64,000 nt of DNA from Candidatus Daviesbacteria bacterium RIFCSPHIGHO2_12_FULL_37_16. GTDB taxonomy: Bacteria > Patescibacteriota > Microgenomatia > Daviesbacterales > UBA10151. The notes under the pieces were generated by a model that was given only the letters and a program-made list of their open reading frames with translations, was not told the DNA's origin and ran no database searches. Made by a program: the position numbers and the translations under genes. This document shows positions 20,864 to 29,965 of the stretch, one piece after another (the stretch's first letter is position 1; each line of letters starts with the position of its first letter). Location: contig MFDF01000006.1 in the NCBI GenBank assembly GCA_001776785.1, positions 16,769 through 80,768 on the forward strand, written 5' to 3'.

Positions 20864-21502
20864 ATGACAGAGATTGCAGAAGTTGCTATTTTAGAACCAA
20901 AGGAATTGGAGGTGACACCCAAACAGCTTGCTGCGCTAATTCTTGATACATTAGAGATTGATAGTAGTGAAAAAGCTAAACAAATCGAAGCCTTAACTGA
21001 GGGTTTGGATCCTGAGAATGATTTTGACTCTGAAATCATAAACTCTGCAAAGAGAATGGTTGGTTCAATAGATAAAACAGTAGCGTTAGGAAGAGATGCT
21101 TTGGCTGGTAAACCAATCCCTATAGTTGAAAGAAGTGCTGAGAGAAGCTTTATATACTTAGGTGATGAACTGGGACCTGAGCCATCAGAACATCAAAAAA
21201 TAACAGAGTATACATTTGATCCCAATAAATCTACTGATAATGCTCATTTAGTAGATTTGCTATGTAGAACTTTAGAAAATAGTGTCAGACAGGATGCTTC
21301 ACCTATATTTGGTTACTCACAATTGTTAGAAAGAACTGCTGAGTCTGATGCGGTTAAAGATAAGTATGCTACTTTAGCAAGTCAGTCCATGAGTTTAAGC
21401 CAGGATACTCTGGCTTTTGAAAGAATGAGAGATGCTTCATTTGCTGGGAACCAGATTAATGTTGCTGCCCGAGGATCTGTACAGATTTTATCTCTTTCTT
21501 AA
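20864..21502 (+). CDS. Hypothetical acidic protein
   Basis: 212-aa ORF rich in D/E. Convergent with fic. Confidence 0.3.
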   Translation: MTEIAEVAILEPKELEVTPKQLAALILDTLEIDSSEKAKQIEALTEGLDPENDFDSEIINSAKRMVGSIDKTVALGRDALAGKPIPIVERSAERSFIYLGDELGPEPSEHQKITEYTFDPNKSTDNAHLVDLLCRTLENSVRQDASPIFGYSQLLERTAESDAVKDKYATLASQSMSLSQDTLAFERMRDASFAGNQINVAARGSVQILSLS

Positions 21503-21508
21503 AATTCC

Positions 21509-22597
21509 CTATCTTAAAACATAGGTTGCTTTTTTGGTACCGCCTGTTTTTCTGACTAAACCTTTTTGCTTCAGAAATTTTATCTCTCTTAAAACTGTGT
21601 CATCTGAAAAATCCGGGAATATTTTTCTAAAATCTTTATTTTGCATACTTCCATGCCTATGAAGATATTCCATAATTAACATCTGTCTTTCATTTAACTG
21701 GACTTGTCCTCCAAGTTTATTTTTAACATGGGTATCTGCAGAGATCCGCTGGACTCTTTCTTTAACCTTATTTAACTCAACTGCCACCCCTTTTACAAAA
21801 TATTCAAGCCAGGGAGTTAAGTCCCGCTCATGGGTATCCAAAACTAACTGATTAGAAACTGCCTGTAAGGTTAAATAATAATCCATTGGGTTTTCATCAA
21901 AATATTCTTCCAGTGAAAAAAACTTTCTGATGTCATAGTTATCCAAAAACATAATTAAGGTTGCCAGGGCCCTGGCAGTCCTGCCATTGCCGTCAACAAA
22001 AGGGTGGACCCTTGATATTTCATAGTGGATTATTCCAGCTTTTATAACAGGGTGCATATCTGCTGCCTCCTGCGAATTGATCCAGTCAATTAAATCCTCG
22101 ACTAAGTATGGAACTTCTGCTGCAGGCGGAGGAGTGTAGGAGATTTGTCCAGTAGCAGTATTTTTTATAACTACCTGTCTTAACCTAAACTGCCCAACTG
22201 CATCAGAAGGCAAAATTTTATCGGTTGCTACCCTGTGAATTTCTAACATGGTTTCTAAAGTTAGTTCATAAGACTTAGCTGAACTTAGCTGCTGGGCAAC
22301 ATTATCTAAAAACTTTAATACATTTCTTAAATTAATAACTTCCTGGACATCCCTGTCCCTGGCAAAAATGTCTTTGCCGTCTAAAACATCTTTAACTTCT
22401 TCTTCTGTTAACCTGTTTCCCTCAAGGTGGGTGCCGTGGTGGACTGTCCGCTCAAGCGCTTCTTTTCTAAACTTTGCTTCCCAGGCAGGAATAAGCGGGG
22501 CATTCATAACTATTTCCCTGGATGCATCTATCATCCCAATGTTTTTAAGTATTAAATTAGAAATCGTGTATTTAGGTACAAACATATTAAAAATCAA
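21509..22597 (-). CDS. fic: Fic/DOC family protein with C-terminal winged-helix
   Basis: HPFVDGNGRTARAL matches the canonical Fic motif HPFxxGNGRxxR. Confidence 0.8.
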   Translation of the reverse strand: MIFNMFVPKYTISNLILKNIGMIDASREIVMNAPLIPAWEAKFRKEALERTVHHGTHLEGNRLTEEEVKDVLDGKDIFARDRDVQEVINLRNVLKFLDNVAQQLSSAKSYELTLETMLEIHRVATDKILPSDAVGQFRLRQVVIKNTATGQISYTPPPAAEVPYLVEDLIDWINSQEAADMHPVIKAGIIHYEISRVHPFVDGNGRTARALATLIMFLDNYDIRKFFSLEEYFDENPMDYYLTLQAVSNQLVLDTHERDLTPWLEYFVKGVAVELNKVKERVQRISADTHVKNKLGGQVQLNERQMLIMEYLHRHGSMQNKDFRKIFPDFSDDTVLREIKFLKQKGLVRKTGGTKKATYVLR

Positions 22598-22679
22598 ATA
22601 TTAAATAGCAAATATACAAATCAAAGATTAAATATTTTTTATCTTTAATATGTATTTATGATTTTTTATTTTTAATATT

Positions 22680-23375
22680 TCATTTATCATTTTTTCCAAG
22701 TCTTAATAAAAGCATAAGTCCTGCTGCCAGACCAATCAGTAAAAATGAAAACCTTTTGAAGATATCCAAAAAGACTTCACCCAGAGAATAAACCAGTATC
22801 CCCCAAAATGATGTCCAGACAAAAGTAGCTAAAATTGCAATTGTCAAAAATATTTTCCAGTTAAAGTTTATAGTACCTGCAGTTAGTGATAAAAAAGATC
22901 CTAAATTTGAATGAATAAATCCTAAAATTAATCCCCTTTTGCCAAACTTTCTTAAATTAGATTTTGCCAGAGTTAAAAAATCTGAATAACCCATCTTTTT
23001 AATTACATCTGAAAATCCAAAATAACCCAAAATATAATCCAAGCAATAACCTGAGAATGCTCCCAGTCCTGCTACTAAGATTACCAGTGGAAGCTCAGTT
23101 TGACCAGTGCGGGCAAAGACGGCACCAAGTGCCATAGCAACCTGTCCAGGGACAAAAAGGTTAACTAAAACTAAACTTTCTAAAAAAGCTGCCACAAAGA
23201 TAATTTCATAACCATATTTATGATAAAGTGAGGCAAAAGAATTAATGATCTCTGCTCCGCTTGGGATTATTCCCCTGACTATAAATAAAAATCCAATGTA
23301 GGCAATAACCAAGACCAGGGGGAAGAATAAGTCACTTTTAAAAATTGTCTGGATGTATTTTAAATATTGAGACAT
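22680..23375 (-). CDS. DedA/VTT-domain membrane protein
   Basis: FLESLVLVNLFVPGQ block and TM topology typical of the DedA family. Confidence 0.5.
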   Translation of the reverse strand: MSQYLKYIQTIFKSDLFFPLVLVIAYIGFLFIVRGIIPSGAEIINSFASLYHKYGYEIIFVAAFLESLVLVNLFVPGQVAMALGAVFARTGQTELPLVILVAGLGAFSGYCLDYILGYFGFSDVIKKMGYSDFLTLAKSNLRKFGKRGLILGFIHSNLGSFLSLTAGTINFNWKIFLTIAILATFVWTSFWGILVYSLGEVFLDIFKRFSFLLIGLAAGLMLLLRLGKNDK

Positions 23376-23442
23376 AAGCTAGATTATTGCATATTTACCG
23401 CAAAAAATCATCAATTGCAAAATTTATGCTACAATTTTAAGC

Positions 23443-23727
23443 ATGGCACGGATAATAAAACAAAAGGAAAAGAACCAGGAAAAGAGGTTTCATACAGAGC
23501 TTTTGGAACAGCTTTTGACTTTGGCAACTTCAGGGTTTGGGCTAGTGGCAGCATTGGCCTGGAATGAAACTATACAGGGATTTGTAAAAGAGTTTATTGA
23601 ACCAAGAATCCCAGGCTCTGGGCTTTTATCTAAATTAATTTATGCACTTTTAGTGACGCTTTTGGCAGTTTTGATTACTTATCAGCTTTCAAGGTTATCT
23701 GCCCGTTTTCAACAGTCAAAACATTAG
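23443..23727 (+). CDS. Small membrane protein (hypothetical)
   Basis: 94 aa with two hydrophobic helices. Overlaps the recF 3' end on the opposite strand. Confidence 0.25.
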   Translation: MARIIKQKEKNQEKRFHTELLEQLLTLATSGFGLVAALAWNETIQGFVKEFIEPRIPGSGLLSKLIYALLVTLLAVLITYQLSRLSARFQQSKH

Positions 23728-24736
23728 CCATACCAAAAGTTTTTTTTAAATAATTATCCCATTCAACAGTAGTTATTATAGTCTGCTGCAGTTTTGAAAG
23801 GTCTGCAACATGTTTTCTATGGGAGTCATCAAGTTCTGAAAAGATATCATCAAGCAAAAGAACTGGCCTATCTTTTAAAACTTGTTCCACATAATTTAAC
23901 TGAGTTAATTTTAAATCCAAAACTGCAGTCCTTTGTTCCCCTCTTGAGCCAAATTTTGAGAGGTCTTTTTCTTCCAGGAAAAAAGTAAAGTCATCGCGGT
24001 GAGGACCAATTAAGGAGCTTGCTGCAAAAATTTCTTTTTGCTGGTATTCTTTTAGTCTTTCCAAACTAACAAGATTTGGTTTATATTCAAACCTAAAATC
24101 TCCAAACTTTCTTTCAGAGGAATTTAAGAATTCAAAAAATGATCTTCTTTTTTCTATTAAAATATTTCCCAGTAAAATTTGCTGGTCTGTCCAAAATAAA
24201 AGTTCATCAATTTTACTAAAACCTTCCTGAATCCTTTTTAATAGCCTGTTTTTATTTATTACTACTCCTTCATAATTTGAAAGGGCTTTTTTATAAGAGC
24301 GATCAATTTGGGAAAGGACCTGGTCAATGTGGGACCTTCTTAAGGAGGGTGAGCCTTTAACTAAATTTATATCTTCAGGGCTAAACTCTATAACTACTAA
24401 ATTGCTTGAATAGTCAAAAACCCTTCTTGGGATACCATTTACTTTAACTCTTTTTTTTACTCCTAAGTCTGACTGGTTAAGCTGCATGGCAACCTCAAGG
24501 GTAGTACCATCCTTTAAAACACCTTCTACTCTTAAAAAATCTTCACCTTCTAAAATTAATTCCTGATCTTGTGTTGACCTGTTTGACTTAGAGGAGGCCA
24601 GAAAGTAGATGCTTTCCAAAAAATTAGTTTTACCCTGGGCGTTATCCCCTTTTAAAATAGTGATGGGAGTTTTAAAATTAAAATCAAGTTTTTTGTAATT
24701 TCTAAAATTTGTTAGTTTAATTTGTTTTAAAAACAT
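23675..24736 (-). CDS. recF: DNA replication and repair protein RecF
   Basis: MFLKQIKLTNFRNY...GDNAQGKTN Walker A. Start chosen at MFLKQ (the track ORF extends to 24772). Confidence 0.85.
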   Translation of the reverse strand: MFLKQIKLTNFRNYKKLDFNFKTPITILKGDNAQGKTNFLESIYFLASSKSNRSTQDQELILEGEDFLRVEGVLKDGTTLEVAMQLNQSDLGVKKRVKVNGIPRRVFDYSSNLVVIEFSPEDINLVKGSPSLRRSHIDQVLSQIDRSYKKALSNYEGVVINKNRLLKRIQEGFSKIDELLFWTDQQILLGNILIEKRRSFFEFLNSSERKFGDFRFEYKPNLVSLERLKEYQQKEIFAASSLIGPHRDDFTFFLEEKDLSKFGSRGEQRTAVLDLKLTQLNYVEQVLKDRPVLLLDDIFSELDDSHRKHVADLSKLQQTIITTVEWDNYLKKTFGMANVLTVENGQITLKADK

Positions 24737-25119
24737 GAAGTTGATGTTAGTTGGTTTTTTGATATCTTGCAATAAGTTTATATCAGTATTAATATATTTT
24801 TTTGATGCCAGAGTCTCCTAAGTTTATCCCTTTCAAAGATTTAGAAATGCGTCCCAGAATAGTTCAGCTGAATCAGGACGCAAATGGTCACCAATCTCCC
24901 GAATTAAGGATGCCCGATGGATTTGTACAAGATGGTTTTATGGATATGAGACCAAGGGTTTTAACACGCAGGTTAGAGTTGGCAGCTGCTGCAGAAGTAA
25001 GTTCCTCTTCCTCCTAGTTTTATTTTAATAATTTTTAATGTAAGAACTAGTCTTAATGTTTCTACTTCTGGAAACTCTAGTAATGGAAAAAACCTCCTTT
25101 TATAAGAAGATTATACAAT

Positions 25120-25440
25120 TTAGTTCCTAGGGAATTTGATTAAAGTTGGAGCATTTACCCAACTCATGATTAATTTAGCGCCTTGCATAAGTGGAGAAAA
25201 TGGGGCAAGCAATTTTTGCCTAAGAGGTGCTACTGCAATTGCTGTATCTGGAATTGCCCGGCCATCCATTAATGCCTGATATACTGGTATCACCTGATCT
25301 GGTTCAACATCAGTAAACACTGCACCTCCTGCTTCAGGGTGCTCGAACTCTTCAATCATTTGTTCTGGCAGAATTACTGGATCTACAACTATTGTAAGGT
25401 TGCCTGGAGTTTTTTCGATAATTTCAAGATGATGAGACAT
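25120..25440 (-). CDS. Hypothetical protein
   Basis: 106-aa ORF. Confidence 0.3.
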   Translation of the reverse strand: MSHHLEIIEKTPGNLTIVVDPVILPEQMIEEFEHPEAGGAVFTDVEPDQVIPVYQALMDGRAIPDTAIAVAPLRQKLLAPFSPLMQGAKLIMSWVNAPTLIKFPRN

Positions 25441-25449
25441 ATATTCAGT

Positions 25450-26649
25450 TTAGTCCTGTTTGAGATTTTTTTCAATCAAGTCTTTAATCTCTTTTTTAAA
25501 CTTTTCTTTGGAGAATCTTTCTGCATTTTTTTTGAGATCTTCTGATTTATACTTTTTATAGTCAAAGGTTTCTAAAACTTTTATTAGAGAATCTACATCT
25601 GCTTTATCAAAAAACTCACCAGTTTTGCCTTCAATGATAGATTCTAAGTATCCCCCAGCTTTTACAGCTATAACTGGAGTTCCTGCACTTTGGGCCTCTA
25701 CTGAGGTAATACCAAAATCTTCATCTTCAGATGCAACTATTAAAGCTTTACCATTTGCATAAATTTCCGGTAGATCCCCATCACTTATTTCTCCCAAAAA
25801 TTCTACACTTTTTCCAGCAAGTTTTTTTAACCTTTCTAGCTCAGGGCCTGAACCTGCAACTTTTAGAGGTAAGTTTAACTTTACCGCAGCTTCTACAATA
25901 ATTTCTGTCCCCTTCCCTCTAACAAGTCTACCCAGGGAAAGAAAATAATTTTTTCCTTTTTCCTTTTTACTTTGTACTTGTTCCAGCTGAACTGGCGGAT
26001 AAATCACAGTGGAGTCTCTTCTATCAGCGAGCTGTAAGCGAGCTGAGAAGCTCTGCTTATAAAACTTTTTTATATCTACAGGCGGGTATATTACTATAGC
26101 ATCTCTCCTATAGAATTTCTTTATTCGCTCCCTTACATTTTTTGAGTTGGCAACTAAAATATCAGGGCGCTGGGAAGTTTCAAAATCATAAATTCTTAAA
26201 AAGTGGTTTGCTATCTCCCCAGCAATCCTGGTCCACCAATGTTTTTTATAATTAAAAGAGGTTGTGTATCCATACAAATACCTGGGTGGGGTGTGAATGT
26301 AGCTTATGTGAAGAGCTTCTGGTTTTGTAATAACAGCTTTTGAAAAATATGTATTACAGGAGGAAATTACTAAGTCATAATCTTTTAGATCAAAACTTTC
26401 AAAGATTGAGGGTGCAAAAATCCTAAAAGGTGAAATTAATTTTCTACCAAATGGAAAATTTTGCAACCAGGAAGTTTTTATATCCCATTTTTTAACTCTA
26501 CCAGAGTGAGGACCCAATCCATTTAAATCCAAAAAGGCTGTAAAAATTGGAGCCTCTGGATACATTTCATGCAGAGCTTCCAAGACCCTCTCTGCACCAC
26601 CAAACTCTATTAAATAATCATGAACTAATGCTACTTTTAAATTTTGCAT
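25450..26649 (-). CDS. Glycosyltransferase family 4 (GT-B, group 1)
   Basis: N-terminal VHDYLxEFGGAERV and C-terminal EDFGITSVEAQSAGTPVIA motifs. Confidence 0.7.
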   Translation of the reverse strand: MQNLKVALVHDYLIEFGGAERVLEALHEMYPEAPIFTAFLDLNGLGPHSGRVKKWDIKTSWLQNFPFGRKLISPFRIFAPSIFESFDLKDYDLVISSCNTYFSKAVITKPEALHISYIHTPPRYLYGYTTSFNYKKHWWTRIAGEIANHFLRIYDFETSQRPDILVANSKNVRERIKKFYRRDAIVIYPPVDIKKFYKQSFSARLQLADRRDSTVIYPPVQLEQVQSKKEKGKNYFLSLGRLVRGKGTEIIVEAAVKLNLPLKVAGSGPELERLKKLAGKSVEFLGEISDGDLPEIYANGKALIVASEDEDFGITSVEAQSAGTPVIAVKAGGYLESIIEGKTGEFFDKADVDSLIKVLETFDYKKYKSEDLKKNAERFSKEKFKKEIKDLIEKNLKQD

Positions 26650-26676
26650 GAATAAATTGTAGCAGAATATAGAATA

Positions 26677-27684
26677 TTAAGGAGAAAGTAGGTCTATGAT
26701 TTGAGAAAGAAGTGATTGCTCTTCCTGCACAAGGTTTCCTGTTTGGGCTGAAACTATTGCAGTTATTTGGGTCTGAATTGGGATAAAACCAAGTAAGTTT
26801 TGATTTTTTACTCCTTTAATAGTGTAAACTGGCAAACCATTTAGTTCACCCAAAGTTATTGCATCCTGTACAGATGCAAGGGATGCTGACTGGGTGGCAG
26901 GAAGCTGTGAGATAACATTTGCTGCAAGCATATTTTTAACTGCCTGGTCAGGGAGGACTGTTAAAATTTTAACCCCTGCAGAGGTTGAGGCAATTAACTG
27001 GTTGGTGGCAAGGTCTATAGACAGAGGGAAGCTGCTTAAGGCCCCAAAGTTACCCCTGGCTATTGATAGTTTACCACCTGCTGTTGAAACTTTAATATCA
27101 TCTTTGTCTAACCTGTCAACAATTTTAAATATCTCTTCATCCTCAACCTCTTCCCCATCCTCTGTTTCCGCTTTTATTATTACCCTGCCATCTTTTAATT
27201 CATACCTTACTTTTATCCCGCCTGAATATATATCTATCCTTGACCTGCCATCATCTTCTACTTTAGTTTTAATTTTTTCTCCATCTGAAAATTCAAATTC
27301 TGATTCTGATTTATTTCCCTCTCTTTGGATTTTTATATTAGGGGTTTGGGATGGTTTGGGGGATTTTATAGAAGTAGGGTTCTCATTTTGATCATCATCT
27401 TCATCTTCATCCTCATCCTCATCTTTTGGTTCTGGAGTTTTAGCAGGTTCAGCAGTTTTGAAAGAGTCTGATGAGCTGCCTCTTGACCCGCTGCCTGAAT
27501 TAGAATCATCTCCGTCTTCACCTCCTTTGGCAAGAAGCACTCCTTTAACAGCACCTGTAGCAGAATCATATTCCCTGGAAATTTTTAACTGGGAGGCAAT
27601 AAAAAGAAATATAATTAAAACTATGGTAAAAATAGATAATAAAACTACAACCTGGGCAAAGCCTTTTTGGGAATTAATGGGCAT
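26677..27684 (-). CDS. Secreted/membrane-anchored acidic repeat protein (hypothetical)
   Basis: N-terminal TM segment and a DEDEDEDEDDD acidic tract. Confidence 0.35.
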   Translation of the reverse strand: MPINSQKGFAQVVVLLSIFTIVLIIFLFIASQLKISREYDSATGAVKGVLLAKGGEDGDDSNSGSGSRGSSSDSFKTAEPAKTPEPKDEDEDEDEDDDQNENPTSIKSPKPSQTPNIKIQREGNKSESEFEFSDGEKIKTKVEDDGRSRIDIYSGGIKVRYELKDGRVIIKAETEDGEEVEDEEIFKIVDRLDKDDIKVSTAGGKLSIARGNFGALSSFPLSIDLATNQLIASTSAGVKILTVLPDQAVKNMLAANVISQLPATQSASLASVQDAITLGELNGLPVYTIKGVKNQNLLGFIPIQTQITAIVSAQTGNLVQEEQSLLSQIIDLLSP

Positions 27685-27720
27685 TTAATAATTTTAATGA
27701 AAAATTTTAAGTAATGTCAA

Positions 27721-28533
27721 CTAAATTTCTTTTAACACATCTATTAATTGATCAAATGAGAGTATTGTAGTTTTGGACTCTGGGGCTGAGCCACTCCCAC
27801 AAATTACCATGTGGTGGGATTGGTGCAGAAACCAGGAAGCATCAGGATCTAATTTTTTTAAAGCTTCATAGATTGGTCCTAAGTCTATTTCGTTGGGGGT
27901 AAAATATTGGACTGAATTGTATTTTGGGTCTAACATTAGAAAAATATCTGCCCCACCCATTTGTTTGCAAAAAGCCCTGGTGATAAATTCTGATTTTACT
28001 GCCACTGCTTTACCAAATTTAGATTCAAACTCAACCCTTCCCTCCCAATCCTTTCGGGCCATTTTTTTATTTTTAATTACTTCAAATAACCTGTCCAAAA
28101 CTTCTTCTCCAAGTTTTAATGATTTTAAAGAAGAATCCTGGTCAGTTGCAGGAGGCCTTAAAATTGACTGCAGCGAATATTCAGAAAAATCAGAAGTTGG
28201 AGCTTTGCCTGTGTCTATTAAATTATTCCACTCAACCAGTTCTTCCAGTGCAGCAATCTCAGTTTCATCTTTAACTAAATTTTTTTCTAAAACTTCATTC
28301 CAGACTAAAGAACCTGCAGACTGGCCTACTTTTTTCTCAGTGTGTTCATCAAATTTTCCCCCTCCTGTACCAAAATAAATTTTGTCCTCTGACTGGTCAG
28401 AAGCAGCATCCCTTGAGGCAGAGATAAATTCTACTTTTGCATCTTTAAAGTCAGGATTAAACTTTTTAAAAAGCCAGATGGCAAAAATGTCATCCAGATG
28501 AGGATTAGTGTGAGTTATTAGTATTTTTTCCAT
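27721..28533 (-). CDS. Hypothetical protein (possible metal-dependent hydrolase; HTNPHLDD motif)
   Basis: ILITHTNPHLDDIFA N-terminal motif. Family not resolved. Confidence 0.25.
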   Translation of the reverse strand: MEKILITHTNPHLDDIFAIWLFKKFNPDFKDAKVEFISASRDAASDQSEDKIYFGTGGGKFDEHTEKKVGQSAGSLVWNEVLEKNLVKDETEIAALEELVEWNNLIDTGKAPTSDFSEYSLQSILRPPATDQDSSLKSLKLGEEVLDRLFEVIKNKKMARKDWEGRVEFESKFGKAVAVKSEFITRAFCKQMGGADIFLMLDPKYNSVQYFTPNEIDLGPIYEALKKLDPDASWFLHQSHHMVICGSGSAPESKTTILSFDQLIDVLKEI

Positions 28534-29041
28534 TTGTATTATTAATTTTTCTTTCTCTTATATGATGAAGTACATCTAAAGTTACAGCAGTCACTGTTAC
28601 AGTTGTTCCTGCAACAACAGCTGTCACTTCTGCAGCTTTTATTATCTCTTTTTTGTGTTTTTTAATCCATTCTTTTGGTCTTTTCCACCACCTGACCACC
28701 TGACCTTCTGGACCTAATGAGCATGCTTCAGCACCATCTACAACGTATTTTTCATCTTCATCATCAATAAGTGTTGGGATAAGAGCATGGTCATTATCAA
28801 TCATTTCATCTAAAGTTTTTTTAACCCCAGCAAGATTGGATCCACTATGATTTATCCTTCTTTCACCTGGCATAAATTCTATATTGGCTGGAAAATCTCC
28901 ATATTCATTTGGTTCTACTTCTGCAATTGCCATATTATTTACTATATTATACTAAAACTATAGGTTAAAATCAAATTTAAAAGAATTGAAAATTATATTA
29001 CAGGAGTATTTAAAATAAAACAATACTGGTAAAATAATCTA

Positions 29042-29965
29042 GTGAAAATTTTCAAAAAAATTTTATTTGCTCCCCTATTTTTAATATTTTTAGCTTTTAG
29101 TTTATATCAGTCCTTGGGGCAATTTAATATAGATAGTGCATTAAGTTTTAATTTAATGCCTTTAATTTATCTTTGTATTTATTTAATACTGGCAAGCTTT
29201 TTTTATGTTTTATTTGTAATTTTTTCAAATGATTTAAAATATGCATCTCCATTTATAATTTTAGCTTCAATTATTACTATATTTCTATTTGATTTAAACT
29301 TAGCAGTAGTTTTAGGGTTTGGGGTTTTAGTAGTTTTCTTTGCAGGGTATTACCAGCTAACTCATAAATTAAAGACTTATATTACTTTCTCCCCTACTAT
29401 ACTTTTAATCCCATCAATAAAGCTTATTACTACATTATTAATATTAGTTTTATCTTTTGGATATTACCTTTCTATAAATAAAATTATAAAAGAAAAAGGA
29501 TTTGAGATCCCTGATGGTTTAATAGACACCACACTTAAATTTACAATGCCTTCCAGTAATTTAGATTTAGTTAAGGGTGATAAATATTTAGCCCAGATTA
29601 CCCAGGAGCAGATAGATTTTTTAAAGTCTAATCCCCAGCTTCTAGAGCAGCAGGGACTGGACCCATCCATTTTAGATAATTTATCAGTTTCTACCCCTGC
29701 CCCAAAAGCTACAAAAGTTCCTACAATTTCTAATGACTTGACCAAAAAATTAATAAAAGACCAATTTAATAAGATGCTTGAGCCTTATAAAGATTTTATT
29801 GCACCATTTTTGGCAATTTTATTTTTTATAACTTTACAATCTCTTTCCTCTCTTTTATCACTACTTTTATATCCTTTAGTTTCTTTACTTTTTTATATTT
29901 TAGAAAAGAGTGGGTTTATAAAGTTTGAGAAAGAAATGAGGGAAGTTAAAAAAATGGTGGTTTAG
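29042..29965 (+). CDS. Polytopic membrane protein (hypothetical)
   Basis: Several hydrophobic helices. No motif recognised. Confidence 0.35.
   Translation: MKIFKKILFAPLFLIFLAFSLYQSLGQFNIDSALSFNLMPLIYLCIYLILASFFYVLFVIFSNDLKYASPFIILASIITIFLFDLNLAVVLGFGVLVVFFAGYYQLTHKLKTYITFSPTILLIPSIKLITTLLILVLSFGYYLSINKIIKEKGFEIPDGLIDTTLKFTMPSSNLDLVKGDKYLAQITQEQIDFLKSNPQLLEQQGLDPSILDNLSVSTPAPKATKVPTISNDLTKKLIKDQFNKMLEPYKDFIAPFLAILFFITLQSLSSLLSLLLYPLVSLLFYILEKSGFIKFEKEMREVKKMVV

Noticed and set aside
28505-28933. 142-aa ORF overlapping the 3' end of the 27721-28533 gene
   Set aside because: Possible real small protein, but there is no motif, and it overlaps its neighbour by 29 nt on the same strand. Not called with confidence.
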